Assembly: GCA_965222225.1 (NCBI GenBank)
Contig: CBDCTK010000002.1
Location: 2,048,001 to 2,112,000 of the forward strand
Length of the DNA stretch: 64,000 bases
Direction: 5' to 3'
DNA from: Candidatus Poribacteria bacterium
Lineage (GTDB): Bacteria; Poribacteria; WGA-4E; JAJDTR01
This document shows, piece by piece, positions 19,297 to 30,378 of the stretch; position 1 is the first letter of the stretch; the number at the start of each line of letters is the position of its first letter. The notes beneath the pieces were generated by a model. The model made no database searches. It saw nothing but the letters and a program-made list of their open reading frames with translations, and was not told the DNA's origin. A program made the position numbers and the translations under genes.

Positions 19297-20304
19297 ATGC
19301 AACAACAACCGTGGGAGCCAGAACAATTTAACCAATACATGAGCAATGTCTCAAGATGGTTTTCGGGATCCAACAAGTTTCTCTATTTGCTTATCGTCGG
19401 AATCGTGCTGTTGGTGTGGTTGGCAACGGGCATATATATGGTGCAACCGGGTCAGGAAGGTGTGGTGCTTACCTTCGGCAAATTTGTAAATATTACTGGT
19501 TCCGGACTTCACTTTCGTTTGCCCTGGCCCATTCAGAGTGTAACAATTGTGAATGTCGAAAGCATCCGTCGCGCAGAAATTGGATTCCGAACCACAGATC
19601 GGGACCGAAAGCGTGAGGTCCTTAGCGAGGCCTTAATGCTGACGGAAGATGAAAACATCGTCCAGGTTGAACTCTTAGTTCAATATCGCGTTGCCAGTTC
19701 GCGCGACTTTGTCTTTAATGTTCAAGATCCGGAACAACTCTTGCTCACCAGCGGCGAAGTGGCTTTACGCAGTACCGTGGGGCAGATGACCGTTGATGCG
19801 GTCATTACCGAAGAACGCGCTCGTGTTCAGGATGACACGCGAACTTTCCTGTCACGGCTGATGGCTGACTACGGAACCGGCATCCAGATAACTGACGTGC
19901 GTCTTCAAGTGGCGGACCCGCCGAAAGAGGTTCGTGATGCCTTTCAAGACGTGGTTCGCGCTCGTGCCGATAAGGAACGCCTCATCAATGAATCCCAAGC
20001 TTACCAAAACAACGTCGTTCCCAAAGCGCGCGGTGAAAAGCAACAGGCGATCGAGGAAGCCACCGCGTTCAAAGAGGAGCAGGTACTCCACGCCACTGGT
20101 GACGCTAATCGTTTTCTATCCGTTCTGAAGGAATATCGTTTAGCTCGGCAAGTGACGCGGGAGCGGTTGCACATTGAGGCATTGGAAAACATTCTGAATC
20201 AAGTCGAGTTGATTTTGGTTGACGATGATGTTGGTAAGGGAGTCTTACCGCTCTTGCCACTTTCCAATCTAAACAGTTCAAGACCATCCGAAGGAGGAAA
20301 CTAA
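19297..20304 (+). CDS. hflK: FtsH protease modulator HflK
   Basis: SPFH domain, MLTEDENIV, AFQDVVRARAD, VPKARGE. Confidence 0.93.
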   Translation: MQQQPWEPEQFNQYMSNVSRWFSGSNKFLYLLIVGIVLLVWLATGIYMVQPGQEGVVLTFGKFVNITGSGLHFRLPWPIQSVTIVNVESIRRAEIGFRTTDRDRKREVLSEALMLTEDENIVQVELLVQYRVASSRDFVFNVQDPEQLLLTSGEVALRSTVGQMTVDAVITEERARVQDDTRTFLSRLMADYGTGIQITDVRLQVADPPKEVRDAFQDVVRARADKERLINESQAYQNNVVPKARGEKQQAIEEATAFKEEQVLHATGDANRFLSVLKEYRLARQVTRERLHIEALENILNQVELILVDDDVGKGVLPLLPLSNLNSSRPSEGGN

Positions 20305-20305
20305 G

Positions 20306-21175
20306 ATGAATACCCGAACGCTTGGCATTACTGTTATCCTGCTGATAGCTCTAGCCGTAGTTATTAGCCAGACTCTATTCGCCGTGGATGAGACTGAGCA
20401 GGTTATCATCCTCCAATTTGGCAATCCCGTTGCAACTGTCCGGAGTCCGGGCCTGAAGGTAAAATCACCGTTCATCCAAAATGTGATTTTCTTTGAGAAA
20501 CGTATTCTTTCCAGCGATGCACTTCCGCAGGAATATCTGACTACCGACAAAAAACGGCTCGTGGTTGACCACGTCACCCGCTGGAAAATCCTCGACCCGC
20601 TCCTGTTCTTCAAAGCGGTAACGACAGAGGCGGGCGCACGAGCACGTCTTGATGACATCGTCTTCTCCGAACTTCGGCGGGAACTTGCAACTTTTAACTT
20701 TGTTGATGTTATCTCTCGAGAGCGCGAGAATATTATGGAACGGGTTGCCCGCTCCGCGACCGAAAAGGCGGCAGAGTATGGAATCGGCGTCGTTGATGTG
20801 CGCACGAAAAGGGCCGATTTGCCGGAAGAAGTGGAGCAGAGTGTCTTCAACCGAATGATTGCTGAGCGTAAACGGGAATCCAACCTATTCCGAGCCGAGG
20901 GCAATGAGCAAGCCAACATCATCCGCGCCCAAGCAGACCGTGACAGCACCGTCATTGTGGCTGAGGGCTACGGCGAGGCACAGCGCATTCGTGGTGAGGG
21001 TGAAGCAGAGGCCATCCACATATACGCTGAAGCCCTAGGTCAGGATCCTGAATTCTACGCCTTTTCACGACGCCTTGAGGCATACGGAACCGTGCTTAAG
21101 AGTGGTGACAAGGTCGTCATACCAGCGGACTCCGAGTTCTTCCAATTCCTGCTAAATAACGGACTGCGGAGATGA
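20306..21175 (+). CDS. hflC: FtsH protease modulator HflC
   Basis: SPFH domain, TDKKRLVVD, RMIAERKRE, DPEFYAFSRRLEAY. Confidence 0.93.
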   Translation: MNTRTLGITVILLIALAVVISQTLFAVDETEQVIILQFGNPVATVRSPGLKVKSPFIQNVIFFEKRILSSDALPQEYLTTDKKRLVVDHVTRWKILDPLLFFKAVTTEAGARARLDDIVFSELRRELATFNFVDVISRERENIMERVARSATEKAAEYGIGVVDVRTKRADLPEEVEQSVFNRMIAERKRESNLFRAEGNEQANIIRAQADRDSTVIVAEGYGEAQRIRGEGEAEAIHIYAEALGQDPEFYAFSRRLEAYGTVLKSGDKVVIPADSEFFQFLLNNGLRR

Positions 21176-21263
21176 GAAAGTTGGAAAAATCGAGAATCTG
21201 CCTCAGCCGATTTCACCTCCCGATCACTTGCTATTCCCATTTCTGAAAGAAGGGACTGAGGAC

Positions 21264-22220
21264 ATGATCAAATCATTGCCGTTACACGACGCACCCAACG
21301 AGGTTACGTCGTGCATTTCAGGCAAAGAATCAGTTCGGTATTCAGCCAAACGGCGGCACCCGCCCTGGATTAGAGCACGGGTGCCGTCTGGCCCAAACTT
21401 CGCCGATCTCAAACATTTGATGCGAGAATTGAACCTGCACACCGTCTGCGAGGAAGCACGCTGTCCGAATATCGGGGAATGTTGGGAAAACCGAACGGCT
21501 ACCTTTATGATTCTGGGTGATGTATGCACGCGACGTTGCATGTTCTGCGCGGTCACGAAAGGCAAGCCTGGAGGCGTCGTTGACCACGATGAACCGCGGC
21601 GAATCGGGGCAGCTGTTGGGGACCTCAAACTAGAGCATGTGGTGATTACCTCCGTGAACCGCGATGATGTTCCCGACGGAGGAGCTAGCATTTTTGCGGA
21701 GTGCATTCGTGAATCACGCCTGCACAGCCCGGGTTGCACTGTCGAGGTGCTTATTCCTGACCTTGAAGGGAATCGGGAGGCGCTCGCCGTGATTATCGAC
21801 GCCCAGCCCGACCTTTTGAACCATAATACCGAGACAGTGCCGCGTCTTTATCGAAGAGCCCGTCCTCAGGCGAACTACCAACAAACTCTGGACCTGTTAC
21901 GGCGAGGCAAAGAGATTGATCCCACTATTGTCACAAAATCGGGATTGATGGTCGGTTTGGGGGAATCCGTTGATGAACTGCTAGACACCATGCGAGATAT
22001 TCAAGCATCCAACTGCGACATCCTTACGATTGGACAATACCTTTCGCCTACATCTCGGCATCTCCCGATTCAGCGCTATTATACACCAGCAGAATTTGAA
22101 GAGTTGAAAGAGGCCGGTATGGAGATGGGGTTTCGCCACGTTGAATCTGGCCCCCTCGTTCGGAGTTCTTACCATGCTGGAGAACAAGCACGGTTGAGCA
22201 TGACAGGAACAGGTAGATAG
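21264..22220 (+). CDS. lipA: Lipoyl synthase
   Basis: CEEARCPNIGEC, CTRRCMFC, RSSYHA. Confidence 0.97.
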   Translation: MIKSLPLHDAPNEVTSCISGKESVRYSAKRRHPPWIRARVPSGPNFADLKHLMRELNLHTVCEEARCPNIGECWENRTATFMILGDVCTRRCMFCAVTKGKPGGVVDHDEPRRIGAAVGDLKLEHVVITSVNRDDVPDGGASIFAECIRESRLHSPGCTVEVLIPDLEGNREALAVIIDAQPDLLNHNTETVPRLYRRARPQANYQQTLDLLRRGKEIDPTIVTKSGLMVGLGESVDELLDTMRDIQASNCDILTIGQYLSPTSRHLPIQRYYTPAEFEELKEAGMEMGFRHVESGPLVRSSYHAGEQARLSMTGTGR

Positions 22221-22319
22221 CGAATACTCACGGTTTTTAAATCTCCCGCTCCAGCGGTGCAACATGTGATTCTGAAAAAGCGATCGGTGATGGTCAATAG
22301 GAGACGCAAATCCACCTTG

Positions 22320-22348
22320 AAACCGAGCTTTTGGTAAAAACTCGGTTT
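22320..22348. repeat. Palindromic repeat family AAACCGAG..TTTT-AAAA..CTCGGTTT (copy 1)
   Basis: AAACCGAGCTTTTGGTAAAAACTCGGTTT; similar copy at ~30220-30250, both downstream of genes. Confidence 0.6.
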
Positions 22349-22640
22349 CTTATTCTCCTCCAAAACGATAACGTGATCCGCATTAATAGGTGCACAATAC
22401 CGATTCTATATGTTTTGTAACGCTCAGATAGCCCGCTGACACTTGCACACCTTCGCAATTTTCGCATATGTTTTATCCTGTGCAAAATTGAACCCTTTGT
22501 TGTTTTGTCTTCTTAACGTATTACGATCAACTGACCGAACAGGAAGGGTGATAAAACTCCCATCACGCATTAACGACTGTAGACCATCTCCTAGACTAAT
22601 ATCTATTTTTGCATATCCACAGAGAAATACGAGGTAAATC

Positions 22641-24404
22641 TTGAGCATCGTTGCCCATGTGACCCATGAAGCAATTCAGAAGGTGGGATGGATCGGAGCG
22701 GTAATACAGGGCCTCCTCACGACACGGCAGTACAACCGAAGTATTGAAAGGACATTTCTCATTGGCCCTCTTCATGACACGGACGTGGGCGAAGATGAGC
22801 GTTTGGGAGAAGGCGGTGAAGTGTTATACTCATCTTCTATGGGAATCCGCAAAGCGCCTTATGCCGATGCACTGCAACAAATTGAGGAAACCTATCGCGT
22901 CGCAATCGTTTACGGCAAATGTCGACTTGTGGACGATGAAAGTGGCATCACTATCTTCCCGGAAGTAATTTTAGTCAACGTTTCCTACATCCACCCGGAA
23001 TATTTGAGTTCGTTCAAGTCACGGCTCTTCGAGCGATTCTCTATCGAATCCGGACGTTACGACGACATCTGGGAATATGAGGAATATGTTCGACGCGCAG
23101 AACCGGGATATTGTACCTTACGTGCACTGATTGGCGAAGATACCGAGACGCCGTGTTTCGTGATTGCGCACGAATTCATGGGAATGCCCCTGGGCCTCAA
23201 GACAATTCTTGAGGGGCAACCCAACATGAAGACAATTTTTTACGCCCATGAAGTCGCAACCGTTCGGCCAATTATTGAGAATCATACCGGACACGACACC
23301 ATGTTCTATAACGCACTACAGCGTGGATTGGACGAAGGTAAATCTATTCGGGATGTGTTCGGCGATCAGTTCTGGTATTACAAGCACGCGCTCATTGACA
23401 AGGCACACCTTTGTGACAACATTTTTGCGGTGGGCGATCTCGTCGTACAAGAACTTCGCTTCCTAGCCCAGCCTTTTTTCGATGCATCAATAGACCTAGT
23501 TTACAATGGGATTCCTAGTGCGCGCTTGAATCTTTCCGAGAAGTTGAAATCCAAGCATCGCTTACAAAAATACGCCGAGAACCTGCTTGGCTACACCCCC
23601 GACTATGTATTCACACACGTAACCCGCCTAGTAAGAAGCAAAGGGCTTTGGCGCGATTTGCAGTTGCTAAGGCACATGGATAACCTTCTCGCATCAATTG
23701 GAAAAACTGCCGTGCTGTTTATCCTTTCGACGGAAATTGGCAGCGGCAGATCAAGCGAAGAGGCGCATTTTATGGAAGCGGAATACGGTTGGCCCGTGCG
23801 TCATCGGATTGGTGCTCCCGACCTGGTTGGAAGCGAGGTTGATATGAACAACGGCGTCACTGCTTTCAATTTCGATTCAACGGCAATCAAGGTTGTTTTT
23901 GTCAATCAATTCGGTTGGAGTAGAGAGCGTTGCGGGGTCAGGATGCCCGAAGATATGGAGTTCATGGACATCCGGAAGGGATCCGATGCCGAATTCGGAC
24001 AGTCCATCTACGAACCCTTTGGCATCGCGCAGGTTGAGCCGTTAAGCTTCGGCGCGATTTGCGTGCTAAGCAATTCCTGCGGTTGTTGCGGTTTCGTCCA
24101 GCGTGTGACCGATGGCGCCGATGTACCAAACGTCATCATTGCCGACTATACCCATCTTAATTACCTGTCAGATTCGCTAGAAGGCTTATTGGCGATAGGA
24201 GCCGCCGAACGAGATAAGATCGAAGCCCACAATAGTTGGGACATTGCGGCAAAATTGGTAGGACGCTTGCCGCGCAACGACCGCGATGCTGACGAAATGA
24301 TTCAGCGGGGTTCTGAAATTGCCGTTAAGATGAGTTGGGAAGTCGTCGTTGAGAACTATTTCTTGCCCGGCTTGCAGCGAGCGCTTGATAGACACAAAAC
24401 CTGA
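22641..24404 (+). CDS. GT3-like glycogen synthase-family glycosyltransferase
   Basis: THEAIQKVG(W)IG, AHEFMG, YAHEVAT, SIYEPFG motifs resembling GT3 glycogen synthases. Confidence 0.65.
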   Translation: MSIVAHVTHEAIQKVGWIGAVIQGLLTTRQYNRSIERTFLIGPLHDTDVGEDERLGEGGEVLYSSSMGIRKAPYADALQQIEETYRVAIVYGKCRLVDDESGITIFPEVILVNVSYIHPEYLSSFKSRLFERFSIESGRYDDIWEYEEYVRRAEPGYCTLRALIGEDTETPCFVIAHEFMGMPLGLKTILEGQPNMKTIFYAHEVATVRPIIENHTGHDTMFYNALQRGLDEGKSIRDVFGDQFWYYKHALIDKAHLCDNIFAVGDLVVQELRFLAQPFFDASIDLVYNGIPSARLNLSEKLKSKHRLQKYAENLLGYTPDYVFTHVTRLVRSKGLWRDLQLLRHMDNLLASIGKTAVLFILSTEIGSGRSSEEAHFMEAEYGWPVRHRIGAPDLVGSEVDMNNGVTAFNFDSTAIKVVFVNQFGWSRERCGVRMPEDMEFMDIRKGSDAEFGQSIYEPFGIAQVEPLSFGAICVLSNSCGCCGFVQRVTDGADVPNVIIADYTHLNYLSDSLEGLLAIGAAERDKIEAHNSWDIAAKLVGRLPRNDRDADEMIQRGSEIAVKMSWEVVVENYFLPGLQRALDRHKT

Positions 24405-24598
24405 ACCAGGAGTTTTCACAATTCGCCATAATCCCTCAACACCCTCACATAGGAACTAAGTTCGACTTTGTACATTTGTAGGTGCGCACTGCGTACCAGC
24501 CTTTCGCCCTATGGGAGTTACAGGTTTATAGTAAGCGACGACAGAAACACGCTAAAGCCTCTCCTCAAATGGCCAAACACGACCTTACCGGCTATTAT

Positions 24599-26653
24599 TC
24601 AAACAGGATCTAGCACCTGAGCAGTACGAGCCGGGAGATAAAGCTGAATTGACTGATTGCGACCATGAATCGGATCATTCTGCTTGGGATAGATCGTACC
24701 CTCATCAACTAAACCGTGCCCTTCAAATGCCTCGTTATCCGAGTTCAGAACCAGTTGATAGTTGATCGGATCTGGTACTGGTACCCGTAGATCCGCGTAT
24801 GATTCACTTGGATGAAAATTAAACACAAACACCAAAGCGCCTCGCCGATAAACTAACTGCTTTTTTTCCTCATGAGACATAAGGGATTCAATAAGAGAAT
24901 CTTCTAGCAAATTGTACTGAAGATCGATATTTTGCATCGCCCTGTCAAAGTTGTTCAACCCTTTGTATCGCAAAATCTCCTGATCGACTAAACTCCACTG
25001 CCGACGAGCATAATGGTGCGAATAGTTGTTTTCCGGGCGAGGAAAATCAATCCACTCCGGGTGACCAAATTCATTTCCAATGAAATTTAGGTAACCCTCG
25101 CCTCCCAAAGAGAACGTAATGAGGCGAATCATCTTATGCAACGCAATCCCACGATCCGTCACAAGGCTAGGAGTAGACAAACTCATATTCCAGTACATCT
25201 CTTTGTCCATCAACCAGAACGCGATAGTCTTGTCTCCCACTAGCGCCTGATCGTGGCTTTCCGCATAGCCGATGTGCTTCTCATGTGCTCGCCGATTTAG
25301 AAGCGTATGATAAATCTCCGACATGTTCCACTGTTCATCTGTTGTTTCTTCCTTGAGCAGTTTAATCCAATAGTCGGGTATACCCATCGCCAATCGATAA
25401 TCAAACCCTAAACCGTCCTCTTTTACCGGGCGTGCCAATCCCATCATCCCGCTGACATCCTCGGCAATTGTAATCGCCGCGTTGTTGACCCCATGCGCCA
25501 CCTCGTTGGCAAGCATCAGATAAGCCAATGCGTCGTTGTCCACATTGTCGTCAAAGTAGTCATCGTAATTTGAAAATCCCTTGTTCCCATGATCGAGATA
25601 TAACATGCTGGTCACGCCATCGAATCGAAAACCGTCAAACCGATACTCCTCCGACCAAAAACGGACATTGCTGAGCAGAAACCGTTGAGCTTCGTAATTG
25701 GCGTAGTCAAAGCAAAGCGAATCCCACGTGGGATTTTGTCCTCTCGCCCCTGCATGGAATTACTGATAATCGGTGCCATCGAAGCGATTCAACCCTTCGT
25801 GCACGTTCTTCACCGAATGACTGTGGACGAGATCCATTATTACCAATAAGCCCATGCCGTGCGCGGTGTCAATCAGCTCCTTGAGTTCTTCCGGAGTGCC
25901 AAATCGGCTCGACACGGCAAAGAAATTGCTTACATGGTAGCCAAAACTCCCTTAATACGGATGCTCCATCACAGCCATCAACTGAAGGGCGTTGTATCCC
26001 AGATTGGCGATGCGCGGCAGGACGTTCTGCGAAAATTCGAGGAATGTGCCGACCCTGCCCTCTTCTTGTGCCATACCGACATGGGCTTCGTACAGGCGCA
26101 ATCCTCCCGTCCATTTTGGCGGCGTATTCTTCCATTCGTAGGATTCGGGCGGATTCCAATACTGTCCGGTGAAATTTGGGGTACCGTGTTCCTGAACCAC
26201 GCGTCGTATGTTAGCGGGAATCCGATCGAGCCCACCATCGGCTGAACCGACATGGACTTTTACCTTGCTCTCATGTGTCAACCGATTCCCATAATGAGAA
26301 TTGTGTAAGAAGATTTGCCAGACGCCGTAGTCATCACGTGCTAGCGGATGTGAGTCTCGATTCCAATCGTTGAAATCACCGATTAATGCCAAGTAATCTG
26401 CACCCGGTGCCCATTCACGGTACCAAACGCCGTTCTGTCCATTCATCTCGCCACGATTAAATCCAAAATACCGATGCCCTAGGCTAATCGGTCCCATTAG
26501 GCCTCTACAATCTTCTTCATCTATGCGCTTTCTGAAACGCTGGTAGTGGGCAAAGCGTTCTCGCAATTTGTCCGAGTAAGGCTCCAACCACGGATCGAGT
26601 TTAATCAGACCTGTTCCGCTATTCCACGTTTGGGCCTTATTTTTATCTTTCAT
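24599..26653 (-). pseudogene. glgB: 1,4-alpha-glucan branching enzyme (GH13_8-like), two in-frame TAA stops (25952-25954, 25760-25762)
   Basis: REWAPGA, YEAHVGM, EHPY*GSFGYHV, DGFRFDGVTSM, YAESHDQALVGDKT, GNEFGHPEWIDFPR all in one frame. Confidence 0.9.
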
Positions 26654-26791
26654 GGCATGTCACCGGCATACTACAGCATTGTGTGGTTGATATTATAACC
26701 CACGTGGAATCTGTGAACAAAATGAAAAATTTGACGCTTTTCCGCTTCAATTGTTTGACTCGAGACGGGTAAGTCGTGGTCAGGATTTAGC

Positions 26792-26821
26792 TTGACTCAA
26801 CCGATTGAGCAATCATATAAT
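26792..26821 (+). promoter_or_regulatory. sigma70-type promoter of the egtD operon
   Basis: TTGACT-18 nt-TATAAT. Confidence 0.6.
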
Positions 26822-26904
26822 AGCCATGCGTCACGGGAAATGCGACTTAGAGAAGCTACCTGTCGACGTGATTCTCTCAATCCGAGAATCTGAGGAGAAA
26901 TGCT

Positions 26905-27915
26905 TTGGAGGAGTTGCAAACTAAACGCCGGTTAGCCTTGAGCCTCGATCTAATCAAGCTGCCAAGGAGTTGTGAAGAAAAGGCATTTTCACAAGCTGTA
27001 GTTGAAGGGCTATCCAAACCGCAAAAGAGTCTCCCTTGTCGATACTTCTATGACTTGGCTGGATCCAAGTTATTCGAGCAGATATGCGAGTTGCCGGAAT
27101 ACTATCTTACACGCACCGAGCAGAAGATTTTCGAAGATAACTCGACCGATATTATCAACGCCCTAGATTACGAACTGGCAATTGTAGAGTTTGGCAGTGG
27201 CAATTCCGTAAAAACCCGCCTGTTGATTAACGCGGCGTTGAATCGTCAAAACCATCTGCACTATATTCCCATTGATATTTCTTCCAGTTTTTTGAAAGCC
27301 TCCTCGCAGGCCCTGCTCGGTGAAATCGATCGGCTCTCGATTACAGCAATCGCAGCCGAATATGCTGACGCCATCCCGATTATTCCCGACCCGCAAGAGC
27401 CTCGCTTGTTTCTTTTCATAGGCAGCAATATCGGCAACTTCAATCGTGCCGAAGCAGTCTCGTTCATCACAAAGATTCGCAAACAGATGCACTCTCAGGA
27501 CAGACTGCTGATTAGTTTCGATTTAGTGAAAGCGTCCCATATCCTCGAAGCCGCGTATAACGATGCAGCCGGAGTCACGGCAGCATTTAACAAAAACCTT
27601 CTGACGCGAATCAACCGTGAACTTGGGGGTACTTTCGCACTCTCCAAGTTCGATCATTTTGCCCCCTTCGTCAAGTTGGATTCCCGCATTGAGATGCGTT
27701 TAATCAGTCGGTGGTCTCAGCGCGTCTACATTAACAATCTTCAGCGAGAATTTACCTTTGAACGGGATGAGTATATTCACACCGAAGATTCACATAAATA
27801 CACGTTTGAGAGTTTCACGGAAATATGTCGCGTTGCCGGTCTTGAAATTCAAAACCAATGGCTCGACAAGCATGAATGGTTTGCGGTTGCCCTACTAAAA
27901 CCGAGGGGAATATGA
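26905..27915 (+). CDS. egtD: L-histidine N-alpha-methyltransferase
   Basis: KSLPCRYFYD..GSKLFEQICELPEYYLTRTE, EFGSG, GSNIGN, AYND..GVTAAFNKN, IHTEDSHKY. Confidence 0.92.
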   Translation: MEELQTKRRLALSLDLIKLPRSCEEKAFSQAVVEGLSKPQKSLPCRYFYDLAGSKLFEQICELPEYYLTRTEQKIFEDNSTDIINALDYELAIVEFGSGNSVKTRLLINAALNRQNHLHYIPIDISSSFLKASSQALLGEIDRLSITAIAAEYADAIPIIPDPQEPRLFLFIGSNIGNFNRAEAVSFITKIRKQMHSQDRLLISFDLVKASHILEAAYNDAAGVTAAFNKNLLTRINRELGGTFALSKFDHFAPFVKLDSRIEMRLISRWSQRVYINNLQREFTFERDEYIHTEDSHKYTFESFTEICRVAGLEIQNQWLDKHEWFAVALLKPRGI

Positions 27916-28646
27916 TTCAACTAAACAATGCCAGTAAGCGATTTGGGGATACGATTGCACTCCATCCCACAAGTTTGATGATAGAACCAGCCAAGACAAC
28001 GGTGCTGATTGGTCCCAGCGGGTGCGGGAAATCCACAATCCTTAGACTGATGAACGGTCTGCTGCAACCGACAACGGGGAGCGTGGAATTTGAGAGACAG
28101 CGCGTTTCGAAGGACAACGTTCTTGAGTTGCGCCGACGGATGGGTTACGTCATTCAAGACGGGGGTTTGTTCCCGCATCTTACGGCGTCCCAAAATGTTA
28201 CGCTTATGTCAAAACATCTTGGCACCCCCGCTGACGAGACGCAACAACGCTTGAGCGAACTTTGTGAGTTGAGCCATTTTCCCGAAGACGGTTTAAGTCG
28301 TTATCCTGTGGAACTCTCGGGTGGACAGCGGCAGCGCGTCAGTTTGATGCGAGCACTCGTGTTAAATCCGGATTTGCTTTTGTTAGATGAACCGCTGGGT
28401 GCGCTGGACCCGATGGTGCGCGCCTCACTCCAAACCGAACTCAAGGCGATATTCCGGAGCCTTGGCAAGACGGTAGTGCTCGTTACCCACGATATGGCGG
28501 AGGCAGCCTATCTGGGAGATCAGATTGTATTGTTGAAAGAGGGACGGATTGTCCAAGAGGGCACTTTGGACGACCTGCGAGAAAGACCGTCCGATAAATT
28601 CATCTCGGAGTTCATTACGGCACAAAGGAGCTTGGTCCAGTTATGA
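27912..28646 (+). CDS. ABC transporter ATP-binding protein (OpuA/OsmV/EgtV-like)
   Basis: GPSGCGKS, YVIQDGGLFPH, LSGGQRQR, LLLDEP. Confidence 0.9.
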   Translation: MIQLNNASKRFGDTIALHPTSLMIEPAKTTVLIGPSGCGKSTILRLMNGLLQPTTGSVEFERQRVSKDNVLELRRRMGYVIQDGGLFPHLTASQNVTLMSKHLGTPADETQQRLSELCELSHFPEDGLSRYPVELSGGQRQRVSLMRALVLNPDLLLLDEPLGALDPMVRASLQTELKAIFRSLGKTVVLVTHDMAEAAYLGDQIVLLKEGRIVQEGTLDDLRERPSDKFISEFITAQRSLVQL

Positions 28647-30193
28647 AGCTACGTTCCGCTAAGTTCACTTTCCTGCCAGGCTGGATCAAGAGTTCAAGGG
28701 TTCGGGAGGCCGTTAATGCGTTGCCTATCGCAAAATGTCTTGCAGTGATGTTCATCCTCATTCCCCTGGCTGCGAATGCCGAACAGATTCAGGTTGGTTC
28801 CAAGAGATTCACGGAGTCATACGTTCTAGGCGAAATATCGAAGCGCCTGTTGGAAAATGCCGGATTCACCATCGAACACAAACAGGGCATGGGTGGCACC
28901 ATCATCGTTTGGCGAGCGTTGACAAATGGTGACATCTCCATGTATCCCGACTATACCGGTACGGTTCAGGAAACAATCCTGAAGTCAAAAACGCCGCTGA
29001 CATCGGAACAAATGCGAGCGGCGCTCGCCGAACACGGCATCGGAATGACTGAGGAACTCGGATTCAACAATACGTATGCGTTCGCTATGCGCCGTGAAAC
29101 GGCGGAATCCCTCAACCTTCGCACGATAAGTGATTTGAAACAGCATCCGAATCTGAAACTCGGATTTACACATGAATTTCTGAATCGAAAGGACGGTTGG
29201 GAACCGCTGAGTAAGCACTACGGCTTACAGATGAGGCCCCGCGGAATGGAACACTCGTTGACATACGTCGCCCTCAACAGTGGCGATATTGACCTCACCG
29301 ACGCTTACTCCACCGACGCGAAGTTGGGAGAATACGACCTTGCGGTTTTAGAGGATGATTTGGAGTTTTTTCCAAAGTATAACGCAGTCTTCCTGTACCG
29401 ATTGGACACCGATCAGAAAGCCATTTCCGCTATTCAAGCGCTAGGGGGAACCATTGGTGAAGCTCGGATGATTCAACTCAACGTGGCGGCGGAACGTATG
29501 AAAGACTACACCCGCGCCGCCGCGCTATATTTCGAGGAAACCGAAACAAGCGCGAACTCCAAGATTTCGCAGTTTTTTTCTAAGATTGTCCCTCTCACCG
29601 GTGAACACCTGACGTTGGTGGCCATCTCAATGTTTCTTGCCGTCATTATCGGCATTCCGCTCGGGATACGCGCGAGTCGACCGGGACTCGTCAGCCAATT
29701 CATCTTGGGGCTGACCGGCATTATTCAGACCATCCCCTCAATTGTGTTGTTAGCCGTTCTTATCCCCATCTTAGGCACGAGTATGCGCAACGCGATTGCC
29801 GCGCTTTTCCTGTACAGTTTGCTTCCAATTGTACGCAACACGACAGCCGGACTGCAGGATATTTCTACACCGATTCGAGAGTCCGCCGCTGCCCTTGGTC
29901 TCGAGCCTCGCGTCCAACTAACAAAAGTCTTCCTACCGATGGCATCCCGATCAATTCTCGCAGGGGTAAAAACAAGCACGGTCATTAACATCGGTACCGC
30001 AACCCTTGCCGGATTTATAGGCGCCGGAGGGTATGGAGAACTCATTCTTAGCGGGATCAATCTAAACGCCACCGATGTCATATTGCAAGGCGCTATTCCT
30101 GCCGCACTTCTCGCCTTGCTGTCGCAATTCCTCTTTGACATCCTTGACGGCGCCGTAATTCCTAGGGGATTGCGCTTGAAAGCATCTGCGTAG
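28643..30193 (+). CDS. Fused substrate-binding protein + permease of a quaternary-amine ABC transporter (EgtU/OpuBC-like)
   Basis: VGSKRFTESY, YPDYTGT, GFNNTYA, DAYSTDA followed by the permease QTIPSIVLL, ESAAALG, GAGGYG. Confidence 0.88.
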   Translation: MKLRSAKFTFLPGWIKSSRVREAVNALPIAKCLAVMFILIPLAANAEQIQVGSKRFTESYVLGEISKRLLENAGFTIEHKQGMGGTIIVWRALTNGDISMYPDYTGTVQETILKSKTPLTSEQMRAALAEHGIGMTEELGFNNTYAFAMRRETAESLNLRTISDLKQHPNLKLGFTHEFLNRKDGWEPLSKHYGLQMRPRGMEHSLTYVALNSGDIDLTDAYSTDAKLGEYDLAVLEDDLEFFPKYNAVFLYRLDTDQKAISAIQALGGTIGEARMIQLNVAAERMKDYTRAAALYFEETETSANSKISQFFSKIVPLTGEHLTLVAISMFLAVIIGIPLGIRASRPGLVSQFILGLTGIIQTIPSIVLLAVLIPILGTSMRNAIAALFLYSLLPIVRNTTAGLQDISTPIRESAAALGLEPRVQLTKVFLPMASRSILAGVKTSTVINIGTATLAGFIGAGGYGELILSGINLNATDVILQGAIPAALLALLSQFLFDILDGAVIPRGLRLKASA

Positions 30194-30219
30194 CTTGATG
30201 GCGTAGAGTCATCTCTCCT

Positions 30220-30250
30220 GAAACCGAGTTTTTCTTCAAAACTCAGTTTC
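30220..30250. repeat. Palindromic repeat (copy 2), possible bidirectional terminator
   Basis: GAAACCGAGTTTTTCTTCAAAACTCAGTTTC between convergent genes. Confidence 0.6.
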
Positions 30251-30378
30251 TCCCTTGCAATTCTGTATCTGTGGGGCGGGATTGACAATCGCTAAATCGT
30301 CGATTGCCCTTCTTACTGACCATCAGCCTCTGAACGTGCCATGACGGCCCTCAAATCATCAGCGTAGATTTTCAATTA

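Noticed and set aside
25760-25954. TAA-to-Tyr stop codon reassignment suggested by two TAA codons at Tyr positions in glgB
   Set aside because: Many intact genes here end in TAA (hflK, the Zn-ADH, the GDSL hydrolase), and glgB also shows likely missense decay; simple TAY-to-TAA mutations suffice
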